A stretch of DNA of 64,000 bases, taken from NCBI RefSeq assembly GCF_009914755.1, contig NC_060925.1; one strand, written 5' to 3'. Positions 39,058 through 54,345 of this stretch are shown here, piece after piece; the first letter of the stretch is position 1; every line of letters starts with the position of its first letter. The notes beneath the pieces are model-generated. The model was given only the letters and a program-made list of their open reading frames with translations, had not been told where the DNA came from and did no database searches. The position numbers and the translations under genes are program-made. This DNA is from the human T2T-CHM13v2.0 reference genome, Homo sapiens.

Positions 39058-41444
39058 TTACACGAGAAACCTCTGAGGTTTCTGGAGATGCAAACTGGGG
39101 GCATGAAGGCAGGGGAAAGGGAGAGACTTCACTGTTTACCTTTTTATTATTTTCCAATTTTAAATCATTTGAATGTATAACTTGTCTAAAAATCAAATTT
39201 TAAAAGTTGAGGGAATTAACATTACAGAAAGTAACAAACCTCAAGGAAGCAGCCACCTTCACCAGATGGACAGTCTACCTCACTCTTCCCACGCTCCAGT
39301 AGTTACTGAATGCCAGTCCCCTCCCTCCATTCAGTCTGCCCAACCTGCTGGCCTTCTAGAGCCTCAGAGCAGTCCTATTCCCACACCTCCAAACACATCC
39401 ATACACTGTGATGGTCGATCTGGGACCACCAGTTGAGAGGAAATGTGTTGTGTTTCCACTCTTCAGACAAACAGAGTGTTATTTTATTGAGGTTTGGGAT
39501 TTTTTCTTGCATTAACAGGGTTTCTAGATCCCAGTAGGTGAATGAGAAAGAAGTATGCTTTTATTGCATAAGGAATTTGTTTCTGATACACCAAAGTGAT
39601 GATGTATGACTTTTCTTAAAGAAGTGGTTATTAGAAGAGTTAAAAATCAATAGAAACAAAAAGTCATAGGTATTGTTCCAATACTCCAGGAACATCACAA
39701 TTTGGATTCTGTAGATGTGTGTAATATAATGTGTAATATTACATTCTGACAACCTCAAGTTGAAAACTGCACAGCTGAAGATCACTTATAGTCAATAACA
39801 CTTTTCAAACTTTAATTTTAAATTCATTAAGTCTCTCCCTAATGTATCGTACTTTTTAATAAAGGAAACTGTCAGATACGCTATAATACAGAGGAAAACG
39901 TTTATATACTCTTTCATTATAATTTTTCCACAACTTCCAAAATGAAGAAAAAGACATGGAAACATTAAGTTCAGAGAATAATTGTGGCAGACAATTCCCT
40001 CCTCCTGAAAGTTCAATTACCCCAACACAGGCAAAATTTCTTACTAACTCAAAAGGAACTGAATTCACATATAAAGACAAACGTGGGATTCTGTTGAGTT
40101 CTGTTGGACACAGAACACAATTGCTCAAGCACTGGTTGGGCACCTGTATTCTAATAGCTCACGATTACTGAGCACTCCATGTCTGGGAAGAGCCAGTGCT
40201 GGGTGCCTGGCATGCATCCTTGCACCTCATCAGCACAACTATCCTATGGGCTCATCCTGGTTCACCTATTTTATAAAAGAGAACACTAGAATCAGAGAAG
40301 TTAAAAAATTTGCCTAAAAACATCCAGAGTAGGTTTCATCATTGCCCACTACTTTATAATGCTTTCCCAAGGGTACTGAGACGTTATCAAAACATGTTAG
40401 TGAAACAGTCTAAAACATCACAAATTTTAGGTTTAATACAAAATACCCAGAAAAGGGCAGCGTTATTAGAAATCTCAGCATAATGTAATAATAAGAACTT
40501 ATGATGATTGTATTCTTTTCCTATTTTTTCTCCCGTACAGGCATATGAAATACCATAAAACTTATTTTAGTGGTGTGTGTGTACATGTAGTTTCAGGATA
40601 ATATAGTAATCTAGAACATTTTTAATATGGCAAAGTTTGGCAATACTAAATTTTTAAAAAGGATTTTTATTTAGCAAACAGAAAGCAAAAATGTTGTCCA
40701 AGTAACATGCATTTATTTTATCCCTAGGAATGTACCTTTCCTTCTGCAAAGGATGTGAGATCCTGGCATGTAAAGGAACGTGAGGGACTAGTCATGAAAA
40801 TACTGTATATTCAATTCCTTAAATTCTAAAATTGTCTTAGCATTTAACATCTAACACACTAAACAATCTTTTTTCATATTCAATAAAAATAAAGACAAAT
40901 TCAGTAAATTCAGATGGGCTATTTTATCACGTAAATTTTAAAAAAGCAAGGGTAATTTTTCAACTGATTTTCTTTTACCATGATACGAGTCAATGAGAAA
41001 ATATGAAATTGAAACATATCACCATTTCTCAGTGTTTACAAGTGGTAAGTCACAAGGAAAACCTTCCAAGATCTTCTGTGTTGTTTTTAAAAGGTATTAT
41101 AATCACATAATTTGGGAAACAATGTGTACTATTATCAAGAAACCTTTCATATTTTGTGAAATGGAGCACTTCCCAAATTTAAGAGACTATGGAAACCTTT
41201 TTCAGACATTTTTTAACATCCTCAGAAATGGAAATTCTTGTTAATGCTGATCTGATCAATTCCTCCAAGTATATGGACTACTTCTTTGCAAACTCCAAGC
41301 CCCCAAATCAAATTACCTGTTCAACTGTATCTGAAAATCAGTTACATACAAGCATCAGAAAGTGTTTCTCCCAGCAACATAGACCCAAAACACACTACAA
41401 AACAAAAATTATCAAGAACATACAAAAGACATATCTTTTCATGT

Positions 41445-41794
<350 letters not shown>

Positions 41795-42238
41795 TCACTG
41801 ATCTACCTGTCATAACTCTTGCACCTAATCATCTACTTATATCATAGGAGAGTGTTCCTCTTAAAATATAAATAAGATCATGGTGTTCTTCTTTTCAGGA
41901 ACATTCAATGGCCTCCCATTCCATTGCTATTAAGCACAAACTACTGACACATCACCTTATGGTTGTGTGAGATATACTGAGCCGTCCTTCTTGTCCTCAC
42001 ATCTCTAATCTTCTCACCTTCTGACTGTCCCCTCTGCTCACTCTGTTGGTCTCCACAACACTCTTCAAACATGCTCAGCACACTCTCACCCAGAGCCTTT
42101 ACACTGGCTTCTTCACTGTCTGGGGTGCTCTTCTCTCAGGTAATCAAGTGGCTCACTCACTCACCTCTTTAAAATCTGTGCTCAAATACTGCTTTCTGTT
42201 CATATGGACCCTAAACACCTGTCTGTACCTCCAATTCC

Positions 42239-42548
42239 TTTTTTTTTTTTTTTTTTTTTTTTTTTGGAGACGGAGTCTTGCTCTGTTACCCACGCTGGAG
42301 TGCAGTGGTGCAATCTCGGCTCACTGTAACCTCCGCCTCCCAGGTTCAAGCAATTCTCCTGCCTTGGCCTCCTAAGTAGCTGGGATTAGAGGTGCATGCC
42401 ACTGAGCCCGGCTAATTTTTGTATTTTTAGCAGAGAACGGGTTTCACCATGTTGGCCAGTCTGGTCTCGAACTCCTGACCTCAAGTGATCTACCTACCTC
42501 GGCCTCCCAAAGTGCTGAGATTACAGGCATAAGCCACTGTGCCTGGCC
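42239..42548 (-). mobile_element. Alu inserted in an L2 fragment
   Basis: Reverse dimeric Alu; CAATTCCT on both flanks. Confidence 0.93.
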
Positions 42549-42747
42549 AGGCAATTCCTCTTTATCAAACTTTATTTTTACCATGGAACTTGCCAAACAC
42601 ATTATAATTAACTGATTTTTTTTAAGAGTTGAGTTACCTAACATTAAAATATAAACTCTATGCAGAGAATTCTACCTGCTTTGTACACTGATATGATTTC
42701 CAACATCTGACCTACAGTAGGTATTCAATAAATTCTATTGTCTAAAA

Positions 42748-42885
42748 GCCGGCTGCAGTGGTGCATGCCTATAGTACCTGCTACTTGAGAGGCTGAGGCA
42801 GGAGGATCACTTGAGCCCAGGAGTTGGAAACCAGCCTGGGCAATGTAACAAGACACTGCCCCTTAAAAAAAAAAAAAAAAAAAAA
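42748..42885 (+). mobile_element. FLAM / Alu monomer
   Basis: Single arm plus poly-A. Confidence 0.85.
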
Positions 42886-43049
42886 GCTATGAAATAAAAT
42901 GTAATGGAACAGAAATAATTATCACTTCACTTCTGAATCAGTTGAAAATAAATAACTGCCCCAAAAATGAGGAAACCTACAGTAATCCTCTTTAATTCAT
43001 ATTGGATTTTAGGTTACTATTAAAATATTTTGCTATCTCAAGAATTCAG

Positions 43050-43316
43050 CAGGCTGAGCAGAGCAGATGGCTTGAGCCCAGGAGTTCAAGACCAGTCTTG
43101 GCAAAATGGCAAAACCCCATCTCTACAAAAAAATACAAAAATTAGCCAGGCGTGGGGGCCCACATCCATGGTCCCAGCTACTCAGGAGGCTGAGGTAGGA
43201 GGGTCGCATGAACCCAGTAGGCAGAGGTTGTAGTAAGCCAAGATCATGCCACTGCACTCTAACCTGGGCAACAGAGCAAGACCCTGTCTCCCAACCAAAA
43301 AAAAAAAAAAAAAAAA
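43050..43316 (+). mobile_element. 5'-truncated Alu
   Basis: Flanked by AAGAATTCAGC repeats. Confidence 0.9.
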
Positions 43317-43812
43317 AGAATTCAGCTAGAAAAACCTTATATTTACTTTGATTAAGAAAATGTTTATAAACCAATACTTTATGATGCACACTGGTGAATA
43401 TGAAGTTATACCTGAAGTAATATTAAATGACAGCTTTTCCATTTCTAGAATGTATGCCTCAACTACCTTAACTTAAACATGGTATTATCCAAGCTCACAG
43501 TATCTGAGAAGGTTTGTGTCGTTATCTAGCAAACTAAAGTCAAGACCTCTGTATTTCCCCACCTGTGATCTTCAAAGATATGGTGCTCCTTGAGATTTCT
43601 GTAAGGTAGGTCTGTTCTAAAATGTGTGAAAGGAAGAGAACCCGAAAAGGCAAGGTCTAAGAAGATCACTCATTTGGAGATGGCAAGGGTCACATCGGGG
43701 TTATCTAAGTCAGTGTGATTTACCCTTTGGTAAACCATACACATATTTCAAAAGTTACTTTATTTGCTGTAATTCTTGCACACATATTTCACGGAAAATA
43801 AATTAGTATTAC

Positions 43813-44025
43813 CTCGACTATCATCCATATCACCATCCCTTGAATGTTCTGATTGGATGTCTGGAGGGGTCTGAAGGATGGCCACGCTATTCTGATTTAT
43901 AATCTTCAATTTCAGTTTTGGTTTTGACAGTTTTCTTCTTGGAACTGTAACTGTGAGGCTCTGTAACTGAGTCTTCCCTGATTCAGTCAAACACACACCA
44001 TCCTGGGTATAAGTCTTGGGTGGGT
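43813..44025 (-). pseudogene. KMT2CP: KMT2C-like exon 23 (213 nt)
   Basis: PPKTYTQDGVCLTESG...KPKLKLKIINQNSVA...DDSR; AG/GT intact. Confidence 0.93.
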
Positions 44026-44261
44026 CTAAAATTACAAAATCCCAAGAATACAAATTTAAACTTTCATTTTAAATTTGACTGATTACTGTTCCAAAATACC
44101 CATGTCAAGGGAATGTGACTGTAGTTCTAGAAAGTAATTACGTATCTATGAAATGCATGAATAATTAATTTCATGATACCCAATAAAAACTAGGAACAAT
44201 AGGTCAAACTTCCTTGGATTATAGGCAGAAATGTTACATGTTTTTAAAAAATGGTCTTCCT

Positions 44262-44593
<332 letters not shown>

Positions 44594-45291
44594 TTAGAAA
44601 CACTGCAAATATATGCAATGCTCAGCTAATCCACTATGAGCTTTTTCCTGGAAAAGATCAAAAGGCAGGGATCTATTTACACAAGAGAAGAGAGAATACT
44701 CCAGAAGCTCATCTGGAAAAATCAGAGTATCAACATAATTACTAATAGGGAGAAGTAATAAATAAGTACAAATCCTGCAGATTTAATTTTAAATGTACAA
44801 AACTGTTGTTCCTTAGAACAATTTCTGTACTATCCAAATGTTTTTGTATCAGGTGCTATTAAATACAAGTATTCAAAAGAATGACTGTTTAATAAGAATA
44901 TCATATTAATCACCATACTAGGCTTATTAATTATTTTAAAAAATTAAGAGATTGAATTAATTCTAAAAGAAATCTGCTTGCTAACTAGGCCGTATTTTCT
45001 GCTAACTGATAATTAAGCACAGTAATATATCAATGAAACCAAAGCAAGTATGGCATTAATGGTTATTCTAAGAGCTGTTATTTTTGTTGCCAACTTGCTG
45101 AAATTTATAGGAATACTGCCCCAGTAAAGCTGGATGACATTTTATATATCATTGTGGAAATGATTACCAACATTACAGAATTTGGATAGAACACCCATAT
45201 GATTGAAGCAGATTTTACAAGTGGTAAGCCAATTATGTAAAAATTAAGCAAAGTAAATTAATTAAATTAAGTAAAGCATTTCAAATTTTAA

Positions 45292-45357
45292 CTAGCTCTT
45301 TTACTTTTGTGACAATTTGTGCTACAAGTGAAGATCCACAGCAGTCTGAGGAAGGCA
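45292..45357 (-). pseudogene. KMT2CP: KMT2C-like exon 22 (66 nt), donor mutated to TT
   Basis: PSSDCCGSSLVAQIVTKVKEL, followed by ttaaaa instead of gt. Confidence 0.9.
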
Positions 45358-45863
45358 CTGAAATGAAAAAAAAAAATCCAGGTAATTCTTTTCAGAAAAG
45401 GTAGAGTGTATTTACATACTTACATATGATTAAAATTTCTGTTTCTATACTCATTTTATTAAAATAAATGTTTGAACACTAAAGTTAAAAGCACTTTTTA
45501 AAGCAACAACAAAACAAGAAGTGATGAAGGAAATACTCAAGTCATGGAGGAAAACCTGGCTAAGAAAGAATCAACACATTGGATTTTAACATATTGTCAA
45601 TAACTACAAGATCATGTTCCTTGGAAGCAAAATTATAGTTTACATCTAAAGTATATGCTTTTTATTGTTTCATGTAAATTGTTTTATAACAAGTTGTGAT
45701 AAGTCATGTATAACCAACAATAATATTTTTCATAAAATACTTGTCAAAGTAAGTTTCACAAAGACAAAATAGAGTAGAGCTAAGCTAATTCATTGGTTAT
45801 GGACAGTAAGGTGCAAGTGAGTGGTACAAGAGTGCAGACTCACAGTTTAAATTATTCTCTTAC

Positions 45864-45973
45864 CATTAGACGCAGGCATATAGGGTCTGCACATGTTACA
45901 ATCAAAACCAATGTCTGCTACATTTTCCACTTCTTCCTCAGTATTTAAGTTCTGACGAACTGCATGCATCCAT
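45864..45973 (-). pseudogene. KMT2CP: KMT2C-like exon 21 (110 nt)
   Basis: WMHAVRQNLNTEEEVENVADIGFDCNMCRPYMPASN; a PHD Cys is replaced by Arg. Confidence 0.93.
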
Positions 45974-46799
45974 CTAAAAAGACCATATTTGTACATTTTT
46001 TTTAAAAAAATGGAATATACTGAGAACTGCTACCTTTTAAAACCTGTAACACTGAGTCATCAAACTTAAAAGCCCTAAGCCTCACATGCTCCTCCTACCT
46101 TGCCCTTTTCTCCTAACTATCCCTATTAACAGAAAAACTTTCATAGAGCTAAGGAGGAAATAAAAAGGAATGAGAACAACTATTAGAGAGGAAGCAAAGC
46201 ACATTACATAAGGAAGCTAATTATTTTATCATCATATATTAAATATTTCAAAGACAGCAAGGAAGCTAGTTAGGGCAAACACAAAGGTATTCAGAAAACG
46301 GCAAATGGCAGTGCTAGCATATATGGGCTCCAGGCAATGCATCTAACTTGAAGTAGACATATATCATGGAAAGCGATGTTGAATGGTAATTGGGAAATAA
46401 AGTAAAAAGTTGTCTTGCAATGGAACAGATAATTAGTAGCCAGAGTCCCAAGAATACTGTACTACTGATAAAATAATACTATCAATATATGTTCACTGCT
46501 TAACTTCTAAAGAGTACAACAATATACCAATGAAAGCAAGGAAACATTCTTGATTTTGAAATTCCACATAATTACGTAGGGAGGGCAGAAGGTGCTATCT
46601 AATACCTAGATATCTAGTATCTAGAGCTTCTAGAGAAAGTGGTTTAAGGAGAACAGAAAGTGTTAGATATTTTTTATAATCTATTAAAAGATTCAGAAAT
46701 CCTTCATAAGAAACAGCATAGATGAAGGCAATAATTCTCCATCTAATTTCAAGGGATTCCTAAACCCTCAAAAAGGCCTAAATTAAAAATCTTCAGTCT

Positions 46800-47148
<349 letters not shown>

Positions 47149-47313
47149 TCAAAACAGGAAATCAATTCTGTAAGTTTCTAGGTGACTAAAAATCTACAAG
47201 GCAAAAAGCTCTGTACCTAAAACTTGTGATTAAGGAAAAGCTATTTTCCTTTTTTTTTTTTTGCTACATTTCAAAGAGAAAAGCTTTAAAAAGATGAAAA
47301 AATAGCACAATAC

Positions 47314-47478
47314 CTATCACATTGTCTTCATTGCAGAATAAGATCTTCTTCTCTATAGTTTCAATAGCAGACTGGACAGGAAGATAAACTTGCACAAGGA
47401 GCGCACTGTGTGTAATTGTTCTGCCATTCACATCTTAGACCTGCAGATGTTGCTCCACAGTGTCTGCACCAAACACAC
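47314..47478 (-). pseudogene. KMT2CP: KMT2C-like exon 20 (165 nt) with two stop codons
   Basis: CVWCRHCGATSAGLRCEWQNNYTQCAPCASLSSCPVCY*NYREEDLILQ*RQCD; TGA at 47361-47363 and 47328-47330. Confidence 0.94.
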
Positions 47479-47733
47479 CTGAAATCCAAATCCCCCCGAA
47501 AAGTCTCAATTTTATTTTCTTAGTTATTCAGTTACTGTAATTCAGGAAGCTACATACGAACATAATGGGGCAAATGATTTAATGTGTATGTGAAAATTTT
47601 TCTGATTAGTGGTATCTATCATAGAATATGTGTATTATTCAATTAAATAGGTATGGCTAATTTTTAAAAACTAAAGTGGTATGAGAAAGCTCTGAACTTG
47701 AAAGACTAACAAGGCAAACAAACCCTAGAGAAC

Positions 47734-47915
47734 CATTTGCACTTCCAGTCTCCTTTGGGAACTGTCTGCAATGGAGGGTCTAGGCAGTAGGTGTGATAAC
47801 TTATGTCACAATCATCACACAGCAGGAATCTTCCTGGGTCAGTTGCCTTCCCACAGGCCTCACACACAGTGCACTCAAGACACCTCCAACCTTTGCTAAG
47901 AACCACTTTAGTGAT
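47734..47915 (-). pseudogene. KMT2CP: KMT2C-like exon 19 (182 nt), PHD finger
   Basis: ITKVVLSKGWRCLECTVCEACGKATDPGRFLLCDDCDISYHTYCLDPPLQTVPKGDWKCK. Confidence 0.95.
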
Positions 47916-49516
47916 CTGTAAAAGAAACAACCAATCCATGTGATTTATGCATTAACCTAACATAATCAAATATACTATATAAATTAATATGGTGCTTGTG
48001 TACCTAGAAGCAGAAAGGGGCAATCAACTAACATTTATTGAGCGCCTACGGAGGCCCAATACTGGGTTGGGCATGTTCATACACGCTTTTAGGAGGCTAC
48101 TGAGCAGAATAATAGAAAATGGCACATATTTTAATGCCTTTTTAAAGTCCACATAATTACCTTATGCTGTACATTTAATGTCCACTGTATTTATAGATAT
48201 AGTGACCAGATTTTAAAGAAATCAAGTAAGCTTCACTATTATTGATACATAATTTGAAAATACATCAACAAAATCTCCATCTACATTTCCATGCTTAGAA
48301 TCAATAGAAAAAATACCAAAAAAAATAATGTAAAGCATGAGTTCTTAGGGACATTTTATGATCTTAGAAGATTTCTATTTAGACTATGAAGCTAGGAATT
48401 CTGAAGTTCACATTCACTCCTCTGTTTATTCTCCCCTCTCTCAAGGGTATAAGTTAGCAGAATATTTGGGAATTTCCAAATCCCTAACAAACTCCTGAAG
48501 GAAGCCACACCATGTAATATTAAGATTGCGGAACTTCTTAAAGATCTCAAAAGACTAGGATCCTCAGACAGAACCAATCAAGTGCCCACATTATAATGAA
48601 ACAGCAAGTAATGAGGGTACAGAATAAAAATTCAGATCATGAGGTACAAGAAAGCCTAAAAGCTACCAGAGAAGAAAATAAAAGAGTTAAATTCAAAGGA
48701 ACACCCATCAGAATGGCACAAAACTTCCCAACTCCAGATGCTAGAAGAGTATAATCTTCCAATTCTACAGGAAAATACTTTTCAAAGTACAATTCTCAAC
48801 CTAGCTACACAAGCAACTATGTGTGAAGACAGAATACGTTGTAGACACAGGAAGACTCAAAATTCAGCTCCTTCATTCTCCTTCTAATAAAGTTACTTAG
48901 AGATATGCAGAACAGAATGAGGATGTATTACAAAGAAAAGGAAGACTTGGGATCTATAAATCAACAGATCCGACAAAGGACATCAGGCCAGGGAAGTTTA
49001 AGGATGAGAACAACACACCCAGAAGCCACTGGCACATATCAGAGCAGGAGAAGGGAATGTCTAGAAAGAGGGTAGGACTTCTCCCAGAAAAAAACAGTAC
49101 TTTAAAAAATAATCTTATATGATAGTTCTATAGTAGGCAAAAACAAAGTACGAATGGAGAGTCACTATTACTTTCTTGTTATTAAAAACTCCATGAAAGA
49201 CAAAAGAAACTCATAGTATACTGTTTAGATCTGCAGTGAACATTTACTGAGTCATAACCAACACCTTATTAATTGAACTAAACATAGTAATACAACTATA
49301 TTGGGAGAAGGAAGGAGGTGTATTTTAAGACCTAAATCAGAATTTATTTATTCACAGCAGAAAGTCAACAAAATCTAGCATTGATAAAGCAGTAAACCAG
49401 TTGATTATTTAGAGCTATAGCATTAACCACAAGAAAAAAGACCTGAAAAGATTAAAAGTGATTCCCTCAGATGTGGACGTAGAGTAAGACAAGAGTTGGT
49501 TGCTCATTACAAGGCC

Positions 49517-49820
49517 TTTTTTTTTTTTTTTTTTTTTTTGAGATGGAGTCTTGCTCTGTTGCCTGGGCTGGAGTGCAGTGGTGTGATCTCAGCTCACTGC
49601 AACCTCCGGCTCCCATGTTCAAATAATTCTCCTGGCTCAGCCTCCTGAGTAGCTAGGACTAGAGGAATGAGCCACCACACTCGGCTAATTTTTGTATTTT
49701 TAGTAGAGATGGGGTTTTACTGTGTTGGCCAGGCTGGCTTGAACTCCTGCCCTCAAGTGATCCACCCACCTCGGCCTCCCAAAGTGCTGGGATGACAGGT
49801 GTGAGGCACCACACCTGGCC
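49517..49820 (-). mobile_element. Alu with TSD CATTAC.AGGC
   Basis: Reverse dimeric Alu. Confidence 0.93.
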
Positions 49821-49974
49821 CATTACGAGGCTTTTAATGTCATTTGATTTTTAAACATGTATATTTATTATTTTGATTAGCTTATTGATTTTTAAGAATT
49901 TGTCTTAGATTACCAAGTTAGTATATTATTTGCCCAAATGAAGGAAATGGCCTGGGGTAAGATCAGGGTGGCTT

Positions 49975-50200
49975 AGAGCAGTAGCCAGCAAACATTTCCA
50001 ATAAAGGGCCAGAGAGTAAACAGAAAGTTTTGAGGGCCATATGATCTGTTGCAACTTTATAAAAACTCTGCCAGTGTAATGCAAAAACCGCTACAAATAT
50101 ATGTAAACAAAAGAACTTGGCCATATTTCAATAAAAGTTTATTTGCAAACACAGGAAATGGGCCAGATTTAGTCTATGGGCCAGTCTGCCTGACCCTGGC
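49975..50200 (+). mobile_element. MER58-like hAT fossil
   Basis: CAGCAAAC.TTT..TAAAGGGCCAGA ... GGGCCAGATTT..TGCC.ACCCTG. Confidence 0.75.
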
Positions 50201-53191
50201 TTAAACAATGACCTGAAGACAAAGTGGCAGACAGATCTGAGGTGTTTAGTGGCAGAATTTTTAAAATATTTATCTTCATTCCTACTAAGTTTTCTTCACA
50301 GATACCTGTGGTCCCTTTTACAACCAAACTCTCAAGTTTCTCCGCTTATATTCACTCTTCAAAACACTACAGTCTGGTCTCTACACCCACATCCACTCAT
50401 AACTGCTTAAGCCAGGCTTGTCAAGACCTTCTTATTCTCAAATCTAATGGAAACATTAGTGTTTGTGTTTCTTGACTTCTAGTACTTCAACACTTCAACA
50501 ATTTCTCTGTCTTTGAAATTTCCTTTTAACTTAGGTACTGGGGTTGTACTATCATTTTTTTCTTCCATTGAACCAGTTTAGCCTTAGTTTTAAAAGTTTT
50601 TTCAAATAAGATGTCATCCAGGATTCCATCCATGGTACCATGTCCAAAGTTGTTACAGATATGTTTTATAATCTAATACGGATACATGCTTCAACGATAA
50701 TGGAGTATATGGGACCAGCCTGTTTTCCCATAAGATAGTAGAAAATTGGACAAAGTGTATGAAACAACTGTTTTCAGATATTGGACAACACATAGTAAAG
50801 GAGACAGTGGTCTCTGAGAGGAAGGAAACACTCAGGGAGTCCTATGATATTCTGCCTAGAAACATTTTCCAGAATGCTGCCCAGGGAGGGAGAACCTCAG
50901 CAGAGTACAATCAATGGCCTCGCTGAGGTTAGGGGAGGCGAGGCAGTGGAATTTGCAGGACACAGTACTCAAAATGAAGAAGCAATAAGGACTAAGAGCT
51001 CCAGAAATCTACAAAGGATCCCCTGAAGTCTTTGGTGGAACACCAAGCCGTACTTCTAGAAGCCCAAAGACCCACAACCAGGGGAAAGTACATCTACTGG
51101 GAATGTGTAAACTGCACAATTACCAGAGCTTGCAAAAGGCTCAAAGACAAGTGAAGCACAACCAGTCAGAGTACAAAGACACTGGTGAACAGGGGGTAGA
51201 ATTCAGTAGTGATCCCAGAAAGGCCAAGTCTTAAGTATAGGGTTAAACTAATGCTAGGACTGCAGCTACCAAAATGTGGACTAGGGAACCCCAGTGGGTC
51301 TGTAAAGTTAAAACAAGTTTAAATAATACTAAGATTTAATTTGCCTTTTTTCACTTTAATTTATTCACAATTATACAGTGGTGTTTATAGAAGCTACATG
51401 TTGTATCATAATATTACATTGACATTGTACAGGTTGTGCTTCTGTAGTCTTGTGTTACAAAATGTTCCTAGTTTTAATTTCTAAAATGCTGAATAGTCCA
51501 TAGTTAAAATCCTCATGAACAAAAACTATGGCGTCCCCAGTAATTTTAAAGAGTGTTAAGGTTCTAAAACCATAAAGTTTGAAAATATCCACCTTAGAGT
51601 GAAGGCTTTCTAGACTTGCCCCAGCAAGCTTAAAAAGAAGCTTCAAAGGTATCAAACTTATCCACAAACAATTGCCTCCTGCAATAAAAATGCAAGCTGA
51701 GCCAATTCATATATCCCTAGTATATTTCTAGATACTGCTGTATTTCTCAATGAGACTGCAGTATTCTATACTGTCCAAAACAGTGTCATGTAAAAGGAAC
51801 CACACATAATTTTTAAAAACAGGAATAACTAGGTGTCTGATAGTGCACTAATTGTCCAATCTTAACTTATGTAAGTCGTACTCATCTGTAAAATGGGAAT
51901 TCGGTAATTGTTGGATGGGTTAAAAGAAATACATTACTATCTTGAAAGGGATCTTATTCAATTTCCTTAGGTCCAAAACATTAAGCATTCTAAAAAACAA
52001 AATCTAATGATAGCAGCTACTTTTATACAGAATATAAAGTACAAAGAAGAAAAGAAACATGTTTTATGCATATATAACTCCATTTTTAATTGGCTTTATA
52101 TACTCTGTGTTTTTCAGTCACATAGCATGAGCAACTAATTTTAAAAAACTACAGAAATTAACCGTACTAGTCTTCTATTTTGGATAGTATTAATTACAAT
52201 CTTTCATTTTGATTCCTAAATTCACAAAAACCTGTATTACCCTATAAAATAAATACTAGTGTAGTTATCAACAAAGAATTCTGAAGGAGATAATGTTGAT
52301 TTGCTTACTATACTGACATTTTACTGACAATGATATAACACAGTGATGTCTGAAGGGCAGGGGAGAATGGCATAAAAATCACTCATGGTTCACAACCTAT
52401 TATTGAAACTGAGGTTAGTATTTATATTACATGGTATGGCAATACTAGAAAAGATTTCCTTGTGGAGTATACAGTTTAAGACCTCTGCTGTACAGCTATA
52501 CCTCCATGCTTGCTTCCAGTGGCCATGACACTTTATTCAAATATGTAAGTTTTATTAAGACTGAGTTCTTAAAAAGAAAAAACCAAGAACCTTAGATACA
52601 ACTAGTGAAGTATTGAGACCTGTCCATATTTAAAACCAAGCACACGATACCACTTAAAAGGTTCCCCAGAAAGCCTCTATCCTGAAATGCTTGAAAGTGA
52701 GCAGTGCTGACTCTCGATTATTACCGATTGCATTAAATATGACACTTGTTTTCTTTCTTTTGGCTATAAGGAGAAAATGTCATTTTGTATATGAGTGAGC
52801 ACAGAGGAGACAGAATGTGGGAAAGAACAGAATGGGATAATAATTTTTTACTAAATACTCCAGTTCTCAGCTTTATAAGTCAACAGACAAAATGAATCAG
52901 CTAAACCTAAAATCTTTGTGAATAGTATAAAATGTCTTTTAAATTAAATGCATATATTTTTATGTTTTACTTTTTCAAGACAAAAGCAGGATATTAGTAC
53001 AATATAAGATTTATAGAGGAGCAAATTTCTTGAGATAGGAAACCCTTAAAAGCAGTATTTAAAGTACTTAAATACTGTCACATATGTTTAATAATCATAA
53101 TACTTAATTGTGAGAACTGGGAGCTCATGTTACTACTAAAACCAAATAAAAATTCAATACATATTTGTTAACTCAGTTTAAGGATGTTTAC

Positions 53192-53296
53192 CTTAATACT
53201 GACACAGTATGTATGGTAACACTGACCACACTGAGAACAGGCAAGTAATCTTCCTTCTGCTCCTTGGCCAAAACTGCCACAAACTACACATGTATC
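53192..53296 (-). pseudogene. KMT2CP: KMT2C-like exon 18 (105 nt), PHD finger
   Basis: DTCVVCGSFGQGAEGRLLACSQCGQCYHTYCVSIK; AG/GT intact. Confidence 0.95.
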
Positions 53297-53488
53297 CTGA
53301 AGTTAAGAAAACAGAACATATTTTAAATGGAGACTAAGCTAAAAACCTACAAATTTTACTTTAAAAATACCTTCTTAACTAATATAGCTCTATAGCTAAA
53401 TATTGGATCACTTCTGTGTATATGAGATAAAGCAGAAATGTGCAAGGAGGAATTCAATGAGGAAGACAGTAAATTGTCAAGTTCAAAC

Positions 53489-53590
53489 CTGATTCAAAGT
53501 GAATTTGTCACTGCTAGAAAACAACACAACCATATCGAGCACAGAGTTTTCTTCATCATCCTTATTTGATGAAATATCTGCAGTAGACAC
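53489..53590 (-). pseudogene. KMT2CP: KMT2C-like exon 17 (102 nt)
   Basis: VSTADISSNKDDEENSVLDMVVLFSSSDKFTLNQ; AG/GT intact. Confidence 0.93.
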
Positions 53591-54038
53591 CTATAAAAAG
53601 CAAAATACACAAAATACGAAGTTATATTTTTCACTTGTTTTACACTTAAGTGGAAAGCTTCAGAAAATTCATAATCAAAACATATATTTTTGCTAAGGTC
53701 TAGAATAACAATTCCAAATATTAATGCTAAGATACTACAGCAAAATGGAGTCATGACATTTTATTATTCAACTCATTCTCTCTTTAGAGGTAGAATTCCT
53801 TTAGACCAAGAAGTAATGAGAAAATATAATAAACCTGTCTTAGTAAGACTTGATTATGCAGAATTCTAATCAAGAAACTATAAATGATAATATTATAGGT
53901 ATGTACACCACAAATCTATCACTATTTTAATGACACACACTTGGGATCTGCAATGTAGTTAGTCTGAACTGAGATGTCCTGCAAACATAAAATACAGCAC
54001 ATAATTACATATTACATGTTGAAATGGTAATATTTTAG

Positions 54039-54345
<307 letters not shown>

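Noticed and set aside
40730-40805. Possible minus-strand exon ending AAG|gtacat
   Set aside because: Acceptor ambiguous and no recognisable peptide
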